The notes under the pieces: model-generated | What the model saw: the letters and a program-made list of their open reading frames with translations, nothing else | Told to the model about the DNA's origin: nothing | The model's database searches: none | Translations under genes and position numbers: made by a program | Origin: an uncultured Acidobacteriota bacterium | GTDB lineage: Bacteria > Acidobacteriota > Blastocatellia > RBC074 | Assembly: GCA_963796275.1 (NCBI GenBank) | Contig: CAWCKY010000006.1 | Location: 576,001 to 640,000, forward strand | DNA: 64,000 nt | Reading direction: 5' to 3' | Shown here: piece by piece, positions 31,749 through 42,570 of the stretch | Layout: every line of letters begins with the position of its first letter | Position numbering within the stretch: the stretch's first letter is position 1

Positions 31749-33021
31749 ATAAGCTCCGCTAGGCATAGCACGACCATACACTCCTCCCGATCAGGAAGAT
31801 CAATCAGCCTGCAGACCGACCCAAGTTTTTATCACTTGACTATGGTGAATAACGCCGCTTTCGATACTCCGTTATTGGACGGGACTGAGTATTTGAACCA
31901 TCAATTGTATTCATTATGGTTTCATAGCTTCGATCAAAAAGTAATACGGGCTATTTCTGATGCTGGTTCCGGGTATCGGTCGCTGGGATCACTAACTTCA
32001 TAATATCGCGTTAGGCCGGCGGCTCGGATCCGGGCGAACATACGCGGGCCCGACGTACTTCCCGCATTCGGTTTTCGCAGCTTATTTTTTAATCGCAAAA
32101 TATTTTCGATCCGCCTTCTAGAGCCTTGGTTATCTGCTCAAGAGGTACCCGGCATCATTAAATCCGGTTTAGGTCTGTGGTAGGAGACTTCCTTTACGAA
32201 ATACGAAATTTACGAAATACGAAATTATGGATAAAAATCCATCGTTTCAGACTTCATTTTTCCTTTTAATATTCATCACATTCAGATAAATCCTTGATGA
32301 TGAGTAACCTAGTCTGAAAGATATCCAGAAGATGATTACGGCACTAAATTTGCCAACAATTGAACCACTTAACTGAATACAGGCTTGTAGTTTTCATTCT
32401 AATAATACGCTTCTTTGAGTTATCGAATAAGGCAGGCAAGGTTAGAAGGCTAATCAGATAGATAATTAGATAACCTGGGCCGCCGTGAAAAAGATCAAGT
32501 ACCCATCGTCCCTGACATCTTTGAGTTTTCATCCCAGCAAAGCCCTCGACGCGGTGAGGTTCTGAGAACTTCACCGCCTTTTTTTCAATTTTATGAATGA
32601 CCCCCGGTAATACAAAAAGTTACAATAGTCGTTAATTGACATTTATTTTTATACTTGACAGTCAACCAATATATTAAGTAGTATGCGCGCCGTAGCTATC
32701 ATAGCGCCATCTCAGGCGCAACCCAATGCACAAATAAAATAGTAGGTGAGTAGCAGTTGTATCGAGGTTATTTATCCCAACTTCTTCATAGTAGAGATCG
32801 TGCGCCGGGCTGGCTTTAATCGGCTGGCCGCGGGCACGATATTTACCTTGATTCAATTGTCCCGCAGTACCAAGGTTATCAACCCCCACCCCTGAACCCC
32901 GACCGGGAAGAACGGCTAAACGGTCAGGTTTCAAATGTTATTTCCATTGAGTGGCGGGACGTTTAACTCGACGGGCTGTCGGTAGGCTCGTCTATCTGTT
33001 AACCCAGGAGGTAGTTTCAAC

Positions 33022-33237
33022 ATGGCAGAGAAGAAACTAGGCAAAGTTAAATGGTTCAATAATGCAAAAGGTTATGGCTTTATTGAACAGCCCGAGGGTG
33101 GTGGCGATATTTTCGTTCACTACTCAGCTATTCAGGGACACGGCTTCAAGACGCTGGACGAAGGCCAGATGGTCGAGTTCGAATTAGTCCAGGGGCCGAA
33201 AGGCCGGCAGGCTGAGAAAGTGATCAAGCTACAATAA
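33022..33237 (+). CDS. Cold-shock domain protein (Csp family)
   Basis: [15 protein letters not shown] and DIFVHYSAI motifs; AGGAGG RBS. Confidence 0.97.
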   Translation: MAEKKLGKVKWFNNAKGYGFIEQPEGGGDIFVHYSAIQGHGFKTLDEGQMVEFELVQGPKGRQAEKVIKLQ

Positions 33238-33263
33238 CACCTGCTCTTCCAATTCACTCTACG

Positions 33264-33315
33264 AATTTGCCTCGCCTGCTGCAGCGGATTTGATGCAACA
33301 GGCGAGGCAATTTTC
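33264..33315 (+). terminator. Terminator after csp gene
   Basis: ttgcctcgcctg...caggcgaggcaa stem followed by TTTT. Confidence 0.75.
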
Positions 33316-33592
33316 ATGTCTAATTTGACAACTTCCTCGGCCCTTAAATAAACTGAAATATGTGCAATTAAAGTTGATTGTAATCAATAGCTTCTGAAGC
33401 GGCTACTTGATGCCAATGTTTTCTCAAGCCGAAGATGAACGCCATCTGAATACCTACATTTCGCTTCAGGGGCTTACAAGATTTGGGTGTTAGAGTGGGA
33501 GAGACATTGCGCGTCTCTGTCGCCCAGGGCCGAGAGCATTGATTCCAGCGGCTTTTAATTTGAACACTCTTCAAATAGACTGACCATTCAAT

Positions 33593-34987
33593 ATGCTTAA
33601 GTTATACAACACACTGACAAACCAGATCGAGGAGTTTCAGCCGATCAACCCGGACGAAGTTCGAATGTACGTGTGCGGGCCGACCGTTTATGGCTATGCC
33701 CACATCGGCAATTTCCGCACATTTCTTTTCGCTGACCTGCTGCGGAGGTACCTTAGGTATAAGGGCTATACGCTCCGTCACGTCATGAATATCACCGATG
33801 TCGACGACAAGATCATTCGCCGGGCGGTCGAACAGCAGAAGAATCTGGATGAATTTACCGATGAATACATCAGATTCTTTTTTGACGATTTCGACGCGCT
33901 CGGCATCGAGCGCCCCGAAGTGTTGCGCGCGACCAGGCACATTCCAGAGATGGTCGAGCTGATTAAACGGCTGACTGCGATGGGGCATACGTACCAGTCC
34001 GACGGATCTACCTATTTCCGGATCGCGAGTTTTAAGAAATATGGACAGTTGTCGAAGACCAACTTTGAAGGGAATATCGCGGGCGCCAGCGAGCGCCTCG
34101 ATGCGGATGAGTATGATAAGGAGGATGTCCGGGATTTCGCCCTCTGGAAATTGGCCAAACCGGGGGAGCCTTTCTGGGAGACCGATCTCGGCCCGGGCCG
34201 TCCTGGTTGGCATATAGAGTGCTCGGCGATGTCGATGAAAGCACTGGGTGAATCTTTCGATATTCATGCGGGCGGGGTCGACCTGATCTTTCCGCATCAC
34301 GAGAATGAGATTGCCCAATCGGAATGTGCGACGGGCAAACCTTTCGTACGTTATTGGCTGCACACGGAATTCCTGATGGTCGAAGGGCAGAAGATGTCCA
34401 AGAAGCTGGGCAACGAGTATACGTTACGTGACTTGCTGGCTAAAGGCCATACGCCGCGCGCGATCCGCTACCTGCTGCTGTCGGCTCCGCATCACAAGCA
34501 GCTAAACTTCACGTTAGACAGCCTCCGCAGCGCCGAGACCACGGTCGAGCGTTTGAACGATTTCAGACGCAGGCTGAAAGAAATGAGGACCGAACCTGGA
34601 TCCTCGCCGGAGGTTGCCGGTTTGATCGAGCATTCACAACGGCGTTTCAACGATGCCCTCGATGACGATCTGAACACTGCTGAGGCGCTGGCGGCTACTC
34701 ATGACTTCATTCGGGAAACCAATACCGCGATGAAACCGGGATATCTGATGTCCAGCGATAAAAAAGCCCTGCTTGAACTGGTTGATGGCTTCGATTCCGT
34801 TTTCGGTATCTTCGGAAAGATCGAACAGGAGTTGCTCGATTCCGAGATCCAGGCCATGATCGATGAGCGGCAGGCGGCGCGCAAGGCCAGGGACTTCGGC
34901 CGTTCCGATGAGATTCGCGATCGACTCACTGATCTCGGGATCATTCTCGAGGATACGAAAGAAGGCGTCCGCTGGCGCAGAAAATAA
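33593..34987 (+). CDS. cysS: Cysteinyl-tRNA synthetase
   Basis: CGPTVY..AHIGN, GRPGWHIECSAM and KMSK motifs. Confidence 0.98.
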   Translation: MLKLYNTLTNQIEEFQPINPDEVRMYVCGPTVYGYAHIGNFRTFLFADLLRRYLRYKGYTLRHVMNITDVDDKIIRRAVEQQKNLDEFTDEYIRFFFDDFDALGIERPEVLRATRHIPEMVELIKRLTAMGHTYQSDGSTYFRIASFKKYGQLSKTNFEGNIAGASERLDADEYDKEDVRDFALWKLAKPGEPFWETDLGPGRPGWHIECSAMSMKALGESFDIHAGGVDLIFPHHENEIAQSECATGKPFVRYWLHTEFLMVEGQKMSKKLGNEYTLRDLLAKGHTPRAIRYLLLSAPHHKQLNFTLDSLRSAETTVERLNDFRRRLKEMRTEPGSSPEVAGLIEHSQRRFNDALDDDLNTAEALAATHDFIRETNTAMKPGYLMSSDKKALLELVDGFDSVFGIFGKIEQELLDSEIQAMIDERQAARKARDFGRSDEIRDRLTDLGIILEDTKEGVRWRRK

Positions 34988-35265
34988 AGTATGAGTCAAA
35001 ACACCATCTTCATCTTCCAACACGTTCCCACCCTCTCGCGCAAGAACCTCTTTGCGGATTAATCGAATTATCTACATCGAAATAGGTTGATCCACGGGGA
35101 ACACGGCGATAAATAGTAATACCTATCTCGCGTTCCCGGTGGTTACATTTGAAACCACGATAAAGCTGATGTCGTCGGATTTGCTCGGATTTATTCCGCG
35201 GATATCCGTAGGATCAGCGTCAATCCGTGGTTGGTTTCAATGTTCCCAATCCGGAGGTATATTCG

Positions 35266-36636
35266 ATGCAAGGCAGAAAAGAGCTGAAATCTGCGAGGCT
35301 TCCCATAATTAAAGGGTCGCTGCCAGGACCTCGCGCTGAAGAGGTCATCGCACGGGATGCGCAATATATTTCGCCGTCTTACACGCGCAGTTATCCGCTC
35401 GTCGTGCAACGGGGCAGCGGCGCGATGATCGAGGATGTGGATGGCAACATATTCCTGGACTTCAACGCCGGCGTCGCCGTCTGTTCGACGGGGCATGCAC
35501 ATCCTCGCGTTGTCGAAGCGATCAAGAAGCAGGTTGATAATTTTCTCCATATTTCGGGCACTGATTATTATTATCCGCACTTACCCGCTCTCGCCGAAAA
35601 ACTCAATCAGCTCGTCCCGGGCGATTTTGGTAAAAAGACGCATTTCGGAAACTCCGGCGCCGAGGCTATTGAGGGCGCGATCAAGCTGGCTTTTTACACG
35701 ACGCGCCGCCAGAAGCTGATCGGATTTTTTGGCGGATTTCATGGCCGGACGATGGGCGCGCTCTCTCTCACAGCGAGCAAATCGAGACAGCGCGCGGGGT
35801 TTGGTCGTCAGGCGCTCGATGTGACGCACGTCCCATATGCCAATTGTTATCGGTGTCCTTATAGCTTGAAGCCGGAGACCTGCGGGGCCTACGAATCGAA
35901 AGGTCCGCATTGCGCGCGAGTTATCGAAGACCTGCTCTTCAAGACGACAGTCCCGGCGGACGATTGCGCCGCGATCGTCGTCGAGCCGATCCAGGGCGAG
36001 GGCGGATATATCGTTCCTCCCGCCTCTTTCCTGCAAACGATTCGTCGCATCGCGGTCAAGTATGGCGTGGTGGTTATCGCCGATGAAGTGCAATCCGGGA
36101 TGGGACGAACGGGGAAGATGTTCGCATCGCAGCATTTCGATTTCGTTCCCGACATTATGGCGATCGCCAAAGGTATTGCGTCAGGTCTGCCGCTAGGGGC
36201 GACTGTGGCGCGCGCCGATTTGATGGAGTGGGGGTCTGGCGCGCACGCCTCGACCTTTGGGGGAAACCCCGTCGCGATATCGGCCGCTCTGGCGACGATC
36301 GAGCTGCTCGAAGATGGCCTGGTAATCAACGCGGCAAAGATGGGCGATTACTTGCTGGATGGTTTACGTGAGTTGATGAAGAGGCATGACATCATCGGCG
36401 ATGTGCGCGGCAAGGGCCTGATGATCGGAGTCGAGCTGGTCAAGGATCGTGCGACAAAGGAGCCGCATCCGGACGCACTGCTTCGTGTTGAAATCGAATG
36501 CTTCCGTCGCGGCTTGATAATTCAAGGGGCCGGGACGAGCACAATCCGGCTCTCACCGCCGCTGGTGATCGATCAGGATCAATGCGATTTTGCGCTTAAA
36601 ACGCTGGATGACGTGCTTCGGATGGTGAGGGAGTGA
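35266..36636 (+). CDS. Class III PLP aminotransferase (4-aminobutyrate/acetylornithine type)
   Basis: GFHGRT, EPIQGEGG, DEVQSG.GRTG and AKG motifs; ATG after GGAGG. Confidence 0.92.
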   Translation: MQGRKELKSARLPIIKGSLPGPRAEEVIARDAQYISPSYTRSYPLVVQRGSGAMIEDVDGNIFLDFNAGVAVCSTGHAHPRVVEAIKKQVDNFLHISGTDYYYPHLPALAEKLNQLVPGDFGKKTHFGNSGAEAIEGAIKLAFYTTRRQKLIGFFGGFHGRTMGALSLTASKSRQRAGFGRQALDVTHVPYANCYRCPYSLKPETCGAYESKGPHCARVIEDLLFKTTVPADDCAAIVVEPIQGEGGYIVPPASFLQTIRRIAVKYGVVVIADEVQSGMGRTGKMFASQHFDFVPDIMAIAKGIASGLPLGATVARADLMEWGSGAHASTFGGNPVAISAALATIELLEDGLVINAAKMGDYLLDGLRELMKRHDIIGDVRGKGLMIGVELVKDRATKEPHPDALLRVEIECFRRGLIIQGAGTSTIRLSPPLVIDQDQCDFALKTLDDVLRMVRE

Positions 36637-36691
36637 AAGCGGGTTAACCGTAAAGCGTGGGGAGAGAATATATGAGTAGCCACAGAAGCAG

Positions 36692-36790
36692 ATCATTTTA
36701 CATTTGACATTTTAGATCTGACATTTGTCATTGATTCTTCCAATGACAAATATCGAATCTGAAATATCAAATGTAATATGTATTCTCTCT
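36692..36790. repeat. Degenerate inverted heptamer array (ATTTGAC / GTCAAAT type)
   Basis: attttac atttgac attttag atctgac atttgtc facing gacaaat atcgaat ctgaaat atcaaat gtaatat. Confidence 0.75.
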
Positions 36791-36915
36791 TCATCTCTCC
36801 AATACACGGCTCATGCCGGAAAGATCATGGGAGGGAGGGGCTCGGTCCCTCCCTCCCCACTCAGTCCCACTCCAATCTCTCTTTCATCTTTGTCCGTAAA
36901 AAATTAAGATATGAG

Positions 36916-36943
36916 GGAACTTTCCCCAGGTGCAGGTGTCTAT
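36916..36943 (+). promoter_or_regulatory. ECF (sigmaE-type) promoter upstream of ECF gene
   Basis: GGAACTT-N16-TCTAT about 75 nt before ATG 37017. Confidence 0.65.
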
Positions 36944-37016
36944 GTTGATGTCGAAAAAGTTGACACCACAGGGCTTCTAATTAATGTGACAGATCCACAT
37001 CGGAGAGTGGGCGCGC

Positions 37017-37724
37017 ATGCTTGCCGAGAAAGAGGCATTGCTGGTATCCGGGCTGGAAGAGTTCGGATCTTCGGAGTTGATGGCAACGGAACTCGCATTG
37101 GAAATCGAGTCTCCGCCAGCCGCACAGCTGTGTCTATACGAATCGGTTCTCATCAAGCGTCTCAGGGCGGGTGAGATGTATGCCTTTAATGAGCTGGTGG
37201 AGGAGTACCAGTCGCTTGTTTATGCGTTGGCCCTGCGCATTCTCGGTGATGCTGAAGATGCCCGGGATGCGACGCAGGAGACATTCTTGAAGATCTATCG
37301 CCACTTCGCACGCTTCCGAGGTGACGCGAGTTTAAAGACATGGATATGCCGGATAGCAATCAATCAGGCTCGCAGCACTGAGCGTTGGTGGCGTCGCCGG
37401 CATCGGGGAGAGACGACTTCCCTCGATATGCCGCTGCCCGGGAATGGCAGTGATAACCGTTCGCCCCAATGTCCGGGCGACTTCATTGCCAGCCCATCGG
37501 CGACACCAGAATCGGCGACCCTGACGCGCGAGCGTGGGCGTCAAATCGAAATCGCGCTGGGCCAGTTGAAGAGAGATTTTCGAATAGTCGTCATATTACG
37601 AGATATTGAAGGGCTTTCTTACGATGAGATCGCATATGTAACCGGTGTATCGGTCGGGACGGTCAAATCGCGGATATCGCGAGGCCGTGAAATGCTCCGT
37701 GAGAAAGTGCAGGGAGTTTTATAA
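37017..37724 (+). CDS. ECF sigma factor (RpoE-like)
   Basis: DAEDARDATQETFLK, FRGDASLKTWICRIA and LSYDEIA..GTVKSRISRGR motifs. Confidence 0.95.
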   Translation: MLAEKEALLVSGLEEFGSSELMATELALEIESPPAAQLCLYESVLIKRLRAGEMYAFNELVEEYQSLVYALALRILGDAEDARDATQETFLKIYRHFARFRGDASLKTWICRIAINQARSTERWWRRRHRGETTSLDMPLPGNGSDNRSPQCPGDFIASPSATPESATLTRERGRQIEIALGQLKRDFRIVVILRDIEGLSYDEIAYVTGVSVGTVKSRISRGREMLREKVQGVL

Positions 37725-37932
37725 GTTTCGGAGATCGCCGTACCGGCTGTAAACGCCCTTTTCGACGCTCATAGCCGATGGGTCGGCGAAACACCAGTGA
37801 ACCAAAGATGGGTCAGCAACCGATTCTTGGGTTCTTTCAAAACTGAGCGTTTGCAGCGTACGGCGAACTCCGAAAACAATGTTGAACGCGGAGCAACTCA
37901 AACGGGATCCGGTGTTCTAAACAAATACAGAC

Positions 37933-38670
37933 ATGACTTGCAAAGAATTTCCATCGCTCTATTCAAGCTTGATCGATGATAGCGCCCGAGATATTGAGCA
38001 GCAGGCCCTCCATCAGCATATGAGGGCGTGTGTGCAATGCCGACGGCGTGCATCAGAGATGCGCAAATTACGATCTGAATTGCGGGCATTGGAATACCCG
38101 AAACCGGCGCTGGAAATGTCGGCGCAGATTCGATCGGCCCTCCAACGCGAGGCTCGACTGAAAGCCAGCTATGCGAAGGAGCGGGCTGATTGGATGGATT
38201 TGTGGCGCACTAGGCTCTACTCGCAGGGCATCGGTGCCGTCGTTTCGGTAGCCTTGATCCTCGTTGTTGGAATAGGCGTTTTCAGGTCGGCTCTGCGCGC
38301 CTTCTCTCTGTTACATACGACGACAGAAGTGATCTGGCAGGACCCGGTCAGTGAAGAGATTAGGTACCAATCTCTGCTCAAAGCCCGGCTGTTGCAGCCT
38401 CCCCTGCCGCCGACCTTCAGCCCTAGCGGTGAATTACTAAATGTCGGCGCCAGCCAGTCGGACGACTACATTATTCAGGTCACCGTCAAGGTGCACAAAG
38501 ATGGACGCGCTTCTATCAATCAGATCGATATTCCGGCGCACGATGCTTCAGTTATGACCAGATTTTCCAATGTGATCACAGAGCGGGCCAGCTTCGAGCC
38601 GTTTCGCCGCAACCAGAACACCACCGATAAAGCCGTTGTCATCTTCGGGAAGATGAATATATCCGGCTGA
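37933..38670 (+). CDS. zf-HC2 anti-sigma factor with TM helix and possible TonB-C-like C-domain
   Basis: HMRACVQC, one TM, Pro-rich stretch, then VTVKVHKDGRA...ASFEP. Confidence 0.8.
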   Translation: MTCKEFPSLYSSLIDDSARDIEQQALHQHMRACVQCRRRASEMRKLRSELRALEYPKPALEMSAQIRSALQREARLKASYAKERADWMDLWRTRLYSQGIGAVVSVALILVVGIGVFRSALRAFSLLHTTTEVIWQDPVSEEIRYQSLLKARLLQPPLPPTFSPSGELLNVGASQSDDYIIQVTVKVHKDGRASINQIDIPAHDASVMTRFSNVITERASFEPFRRNQNTTDKAVVIFGKMNISG

Positions 38671-38706
38671 ACTTTTAACAATCGACCTCAATAATCCGAG
38701 CGGCAT

Positions 38707-38739
38707 CTCAAATTTCAAATCTTATATTTGAAATTTGAG
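38707..38739. repeat. Short inverted heptamer hairpin (TCAAATT / AATTTGA)
   Basis: ctcaaatttcaaat-cttat-atttgaaatttgag. Confidence 0.75.
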
Positions 38740-38803
38740 CGGGCCGGATTGCGTGAGCTTCCACATTCAGCACATTCCCGGATTTCCGTGAAGGAGGGAA
38801 AAG

Positions 38804-39217
38804 ATGAACAATATGAGTCGCCTAACGCCATACATCAATGTCACACCATTGATCGATATCCTGCTCGTCTTGCTCATCATTTTCATGGTCATCAGCCCTC
38901 TGCGACCGGAAAAATTCGATGCACGGATACCGGAGAAATTGCCATCCGATGACAGGGATGTTGAGATTCCGGACTACCTTGTCGTGTCGATCGATCGCGA
39001 TGGCGGCTATCGGGTGAATAAACAACAGGCCAAAACGATCGAGGACATGTCGGAGATTGTGCGTTTCGCGCTCGATATGCGCCCGCCGGAACACAAAGCC
39101 GTTTTTGTCAAAGCCCCGCGTGTCTTGAATTACGGCGAAGTTGTAAGAGTTATCGATGTTCTGAAGGCGGCAGGCAGCTCATCCATTGGACTGCAGATCG
39201 ACGGCCTCGACCATTGA
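38804..39217 (+). CDS. exbD: ExbD/TolR biopolymer transporter
   Basis: INVTPLIDILLVLLIIFMV and YGEVVRVIDVLK.AG motifs. Confidence 0.92.
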   Translation: MNNMSRLTPYINVTPLIDILLVLLIIFMVISPLRPEKFDARIPEKLPSDDRDVEIPDYLVVSIDRDGGYRVNKQQAKTIEDMSEIVRFALDMRPPEHKAVFVKAPRVLNYGEVVRVIDVLKAAGSSSIGLQIDGLDH

Positions 39218-39280
39218 TTTGGTCCAGATAGTTACAATCCCAATTTTCATAGCTTCGCAATCCATCGGCTGGATCGTTAC

Positions 39281-40037
39281 ATGGAGATAGCGATGTTCGA
39301 TAGACTCGTTGAATCATCACGACATAAGCAAGGCAGGCGTGCGAGCAGCTATATGCTCGTCACGAGTTTGTTCTATACCTTGGCGCTCTTCGTATTCGTC
39401 GCGCTGGCTGTTCTCGGATTCAACCCCATATTGGCTCATGAGGGATCATTCCTGGCTAAGGTGACTCTCCCGCCAGTACCGGCGGACTCATTGCCGATGA
39501 CAATAAAATGCCCCACGGCGAATACTCCTGCTCCACACCTTCAGGGTGCCCTTTGAATTACCGGATACAACACTACCGAAGACAGATATGAGGGAATTCG
39601 GGCCAATAGATTTTCTTCCCGGCGTAATTAATACGGCGCTAAGATACAGAGGCGGCTCCCAGCCCGGATACGGGACAGATGACGAAATTCCGGCTGCGCC
39701 TACTCCTCCCCCGATGCCTAAAATTGAGCCATCTCCGGACGTGAACGCCGGCTCCAGCAAGGTTTCGGAGGGGGTGCTGCAGGGCAGCGCGATTAAAAAA
39801 GTGAGACCCGTCTATCCGGAGATCGCGAGGAGGATACGCGCAGGCGGACCGGTGCAGGTGCAGGTGATGATCTCAGAAGATGGGCGAGTGATTGAGGCTT
39901 TTATTCTAAACGGTCATCCATCGCTGAGAGGCGCCGCGCTTGAGGCTGCTCGCCAATGGATATTTGAGCCGACGACGCTCAGCAAGGTGCCGGTCAAGGT
40001 GCAGGGCGTTCTGACATTCAACTTTACGCTCGAATGA
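39281..40037 (+). pseudogene. tonB: TonB-family energy transducer split by a +1 frameshift (39281-39556 TM anchor; about 39507-40037 Pro-rich linker + TonB_C)
   Basis: MFDRLVES..TM N-terminus in one frame; PVYPEIAR...V.VQV.ISEDGRV...AARQW.FEP in the +1 frame. Could be an error, a pseudogene or programmed frameshifting. Confidence 0.75.
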
Positions 40038-40042
40038 TGTAG

Positions 40043-40570
40043 TCAAAATGCGATTTTTTTGATTATCTCTTCGATTATCTGGTCGGGGGTTTGATCTTCC
40101 CTGGTCACAATTCGAAGCGAGTTATGCCGGTAGATCGGCAGACGTTGATCGTAGCGAGCGCGCGCGGACAATCGGTCAGGCGCTAGCGGGCGAATCGTCT
40201 GATCGTTCTGAATTCTCAGCCAGCATAACTCGAATGGAGTATCTAGCCAGACCAGGGTACCGCAGTTCGCCATCAATTCGCGATTTTCAGCGCGTGTGAT
40301 CGCACCGCCTCCCGGGGCGATCACGGCGAGCTCACCCTGAGCGGTCTCTCTCAGCAGTTCTGTTTCGATTTGGCGGAAATAGTCTTCGCCCTCACGCGCA
40401 ATCAGTTCGGCGATGGTAAGCCTCGTTCTGGCCTCAATCGCCGGATCGATATCGATGAACGGGCGATTGAGTCTTTGCGCGAGCAAGGGTCCTACGGTCG
40501 ATTTTCCACTCGCCATGAAGCCGATGAGAAAAATTTGTGACGGTCGATTTGAAATGGTCGAGTCGTTCAT
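40043..40570 (-). CDS. aroK: Shikimate kinase
   Basis: GFMASGKSTVG, GEDYFRQIE, GGG and RPL motifs. Confidence 0.95.
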   Translation of the reverse strand: MNDSTISNRPSQIFLIGFMASGKSTVGPLLAQRLNRPFIDIDPAIEARTRLTIAELIAREGEDYFRQIETELLRETAQGELAVIAPGGGAITRAENRELMANCGTLVWLDTPFELCWLRIQNDQTIRPLAPDRLSARARYDQRLPIYRHNSLRIVTREDQTPDQIIEEIIKKIAF

Positions 40571-41886
40571 TACTTAAAGATCGCTCCGCAGTCGGCGAGA
40601 ATCTGAAAGAACTCCGGTAATGAAACGGATGCCGCATCGGCGCCGGAGATCTCAGTCTCTCCCTCTGCAACCATCCCGGCTACCGCGAATGACATCGCGA
40701 TGCGATGATCGCCGAACGAATCTATCCGCGCACCGCTCAGGGGTTGCGGGCCCGATAAACGCAGGCCGTCCTCAAACTCCTCCACCTCGGCTCCCATGCG
40801 GCGTAAATTGTCGATGATGGTCCGTATGCGGTCACTCTCTTTGACTCGCAGCTCGCGCGCTTCGCGAATAATCAGCGTGCCGCTCAGCTTTGTCGCGGCG
40901 ACGGCGAGAATCGGAATTTCGTCGATCAGGTTCGCGATGATAGCGCCGGAGAGTTCCATGTCTCCTTTCAACTCGGACGATTTAACGACGATGTCCGCGA
41001 CCGATTCGCCGTGAGCGAGTCTCGGGTTCTCGATTTCGATGCGCGCACCGAGCTGTCTCAAAACATCGATCAGCGCCGTGCGCGAAGGGTTGGTGCCGAT
41101 GTGGCGTAACCGCAATTCGGCGTCGGGGGTGACTAATGCGGCCACCATAAAGAAGGCGGCCGATGAAAGGTCCCCGGCCACCGTGTAGTCGCCGAGCGGC
41201 CGCAAGGGCTTGCGGCCGACTACTGAAATCCCTTGATCAGAAAGGGCCGCGCCGCATTCACCCATCATCACCTCGGTATGATTACGCGTCGGCGTCTTTT
41301 CGATTACGGTCGTTCTTCCATCAGCGAATAGTCCCGCGAGCAATACGCAGGATTTGACCTGTGCGCTGGCTATCGGAGGACTGTATTCGATCCCCTTCAG
41401 ATTACCGCCGGTGATCCTCATGGGCGCGAAATTATTGTCCCGCGCCTCTATTTGTGCACCCATCAATGTCAGCGGGTCGATGATTCGCTTCATCGGCCGG
41501 CGCTGGATGCTCTCATCTCCCGTGATCCCGCTCGTAAATTTCTGTCCCGCGAGAACGCCGGAGAGCATCCGGATGGTCGAGCCCGAATTCCCGGCATCGA
41601 GCATCCCCGGAGCTTCGCGCAGACCATCGAGTCCAACACCTTCGATCGTAATCGAACCGTGCTGGCGAACGATGCTGACTCCGAGCGATGCCAGGCATTC
41701 GAGCGTGTTTTGACAATCGCGCGCAGAGGAATAATTTCGTAGTCGGCTTGTCCCCTCCCCGATTGCCGCGAATATAGCGCTGCGGTGCGAGATGGATTTG
41801 TCTCCAGGCAATTGGAAATCGCCGCGTAGTGTGGATGCAGGAATTATTTTAATGATGTTTGAATATGTTTTTTTCTTTTCTGTCAT
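40570..41886 (-). CDS. aroA: EPSP synthase
   Basis: [29 protein letters not shown] and DHRIAM motifs. Confidence 0.97.
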   Translation of the reverse strand: MTEKKKTYSNIIKIIPASTLRGDFQLPGDKSISHRSAIFAAIGEGTSRLRNYSSARDCQNTLECLASLGVSIVRQHGSITIEGVGLDGLREAPGMLDAGNSGSTIRMLSGVLAGQKFTSGITGDESIQRRPMKRIIDPLTLMGAQIEARDNNFAPMRITGGNLKGIEYSPPIASAQVKSCVLLAGLFADGRTTVIEKTPTRNHTEVMMGECGAALSDQGISVVGRKPLRPLGDYTVAGDLSSAAFFMVAALVTPDAELRLRHIGTNPSRTALIDVLRQLGARIEIENPRLAHGESVADIVVKSSELKGDMELSGAIIANLIDEIPILAVAATKLSGTLIIREARELRVKESDRIRTIIDNLRRMGAEVEEFEDGLRLSGPQPLSGARIDSFGDHRIAMSFAVAGMVAEGETEISGADAASVSLPEFFQILADCGAIFK

Positions 41887-42099
41887 CGAAAATTAAATTG
41901 CGTTGAAACTTTTGTGTTTTTAATACCGTAGTGTTGTGCGATCATACAAAAGCTCGTCGAGCGCTTACCTTGACATCACTTTTTGCGCTGTGTTACACAG
42001 AGCGAGCCTGACAGTAATCGCGAGACTCGCGAGCATCTTAACAGATCGACACTTGCTTAGGCATATCTGAATTTCGCGTGAAGAAGGAACCCGCGGCAT

Positions 42100-42570
42100 A
42101 TGATGCTAGCCGAAAACGTGGTCGAACTGACCATTGCCAGCCAGTTGGAGTATATTGACCTGGTCACTACTCTCACTGATAACGTCACCGGCATGATCGG
42201 ATTTGACGAGGAGTCTGCCTATTGGATCAATATGGCTGTACGCGAATCGGTTGCCAATGCAGTGGAGCACGGGAACAAATATGATCCGCAAAAATCTGTT
42301 GATGTTCGATTCACGATAGGCGTAGACGCGCTCCGGGTAACAATCCGAGATTACGGGGAAGGATTTGACCCTTCCACACTTCCAGATCCGCTCGATCCCA
42401 ACAATCTATTAAATCCAGCCGGTCGTGGCATCCTCTACATGCGGACTTTTATGGACTCTGTCGAATACGGATATCATCCCGAAGGCGGGATGATCGTGAC
42501 AATGTCTAAGCGCCGAGCGCCGAAACAGATTGACGAAGGAGACCGAAAGCACGATGCAGTTGGAAATTAA
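42100..42570 (+). CDS. Anti-sigma factor / Ser kinase (RsbW-like HATPase)
   Basis: [17 protein letters not shown] and GRGILYM motifs. Confidence 0.9.
   Translation: MMLAENVVELTIASQLEYIDLVTTLTDNVTGMIGFDEESAYWINMAVRESVANAVEHGNKYDPQKSVDVRFTIGVDALRVTIRDYGEGFDPSTLPDPLDPNNLLNPAGRGILYMRTFMDSVEYGYHPEGGMIVTMSKRRAPKQIDEGDRKHDAVGN

Noticed and set aside
31506-32934. Short ORFs in the groEL-csp intergenic region
   Set aside because: No RBS, atypical composition and no motifs.
32890-32965. c-di-GMP-I riboswitch-like words (GGCTAAAC...GGGACG)
   Set aside because: Could not identify the GNRA tetraloop/receptor and P2 stem by eye; left as a generic structured leader.
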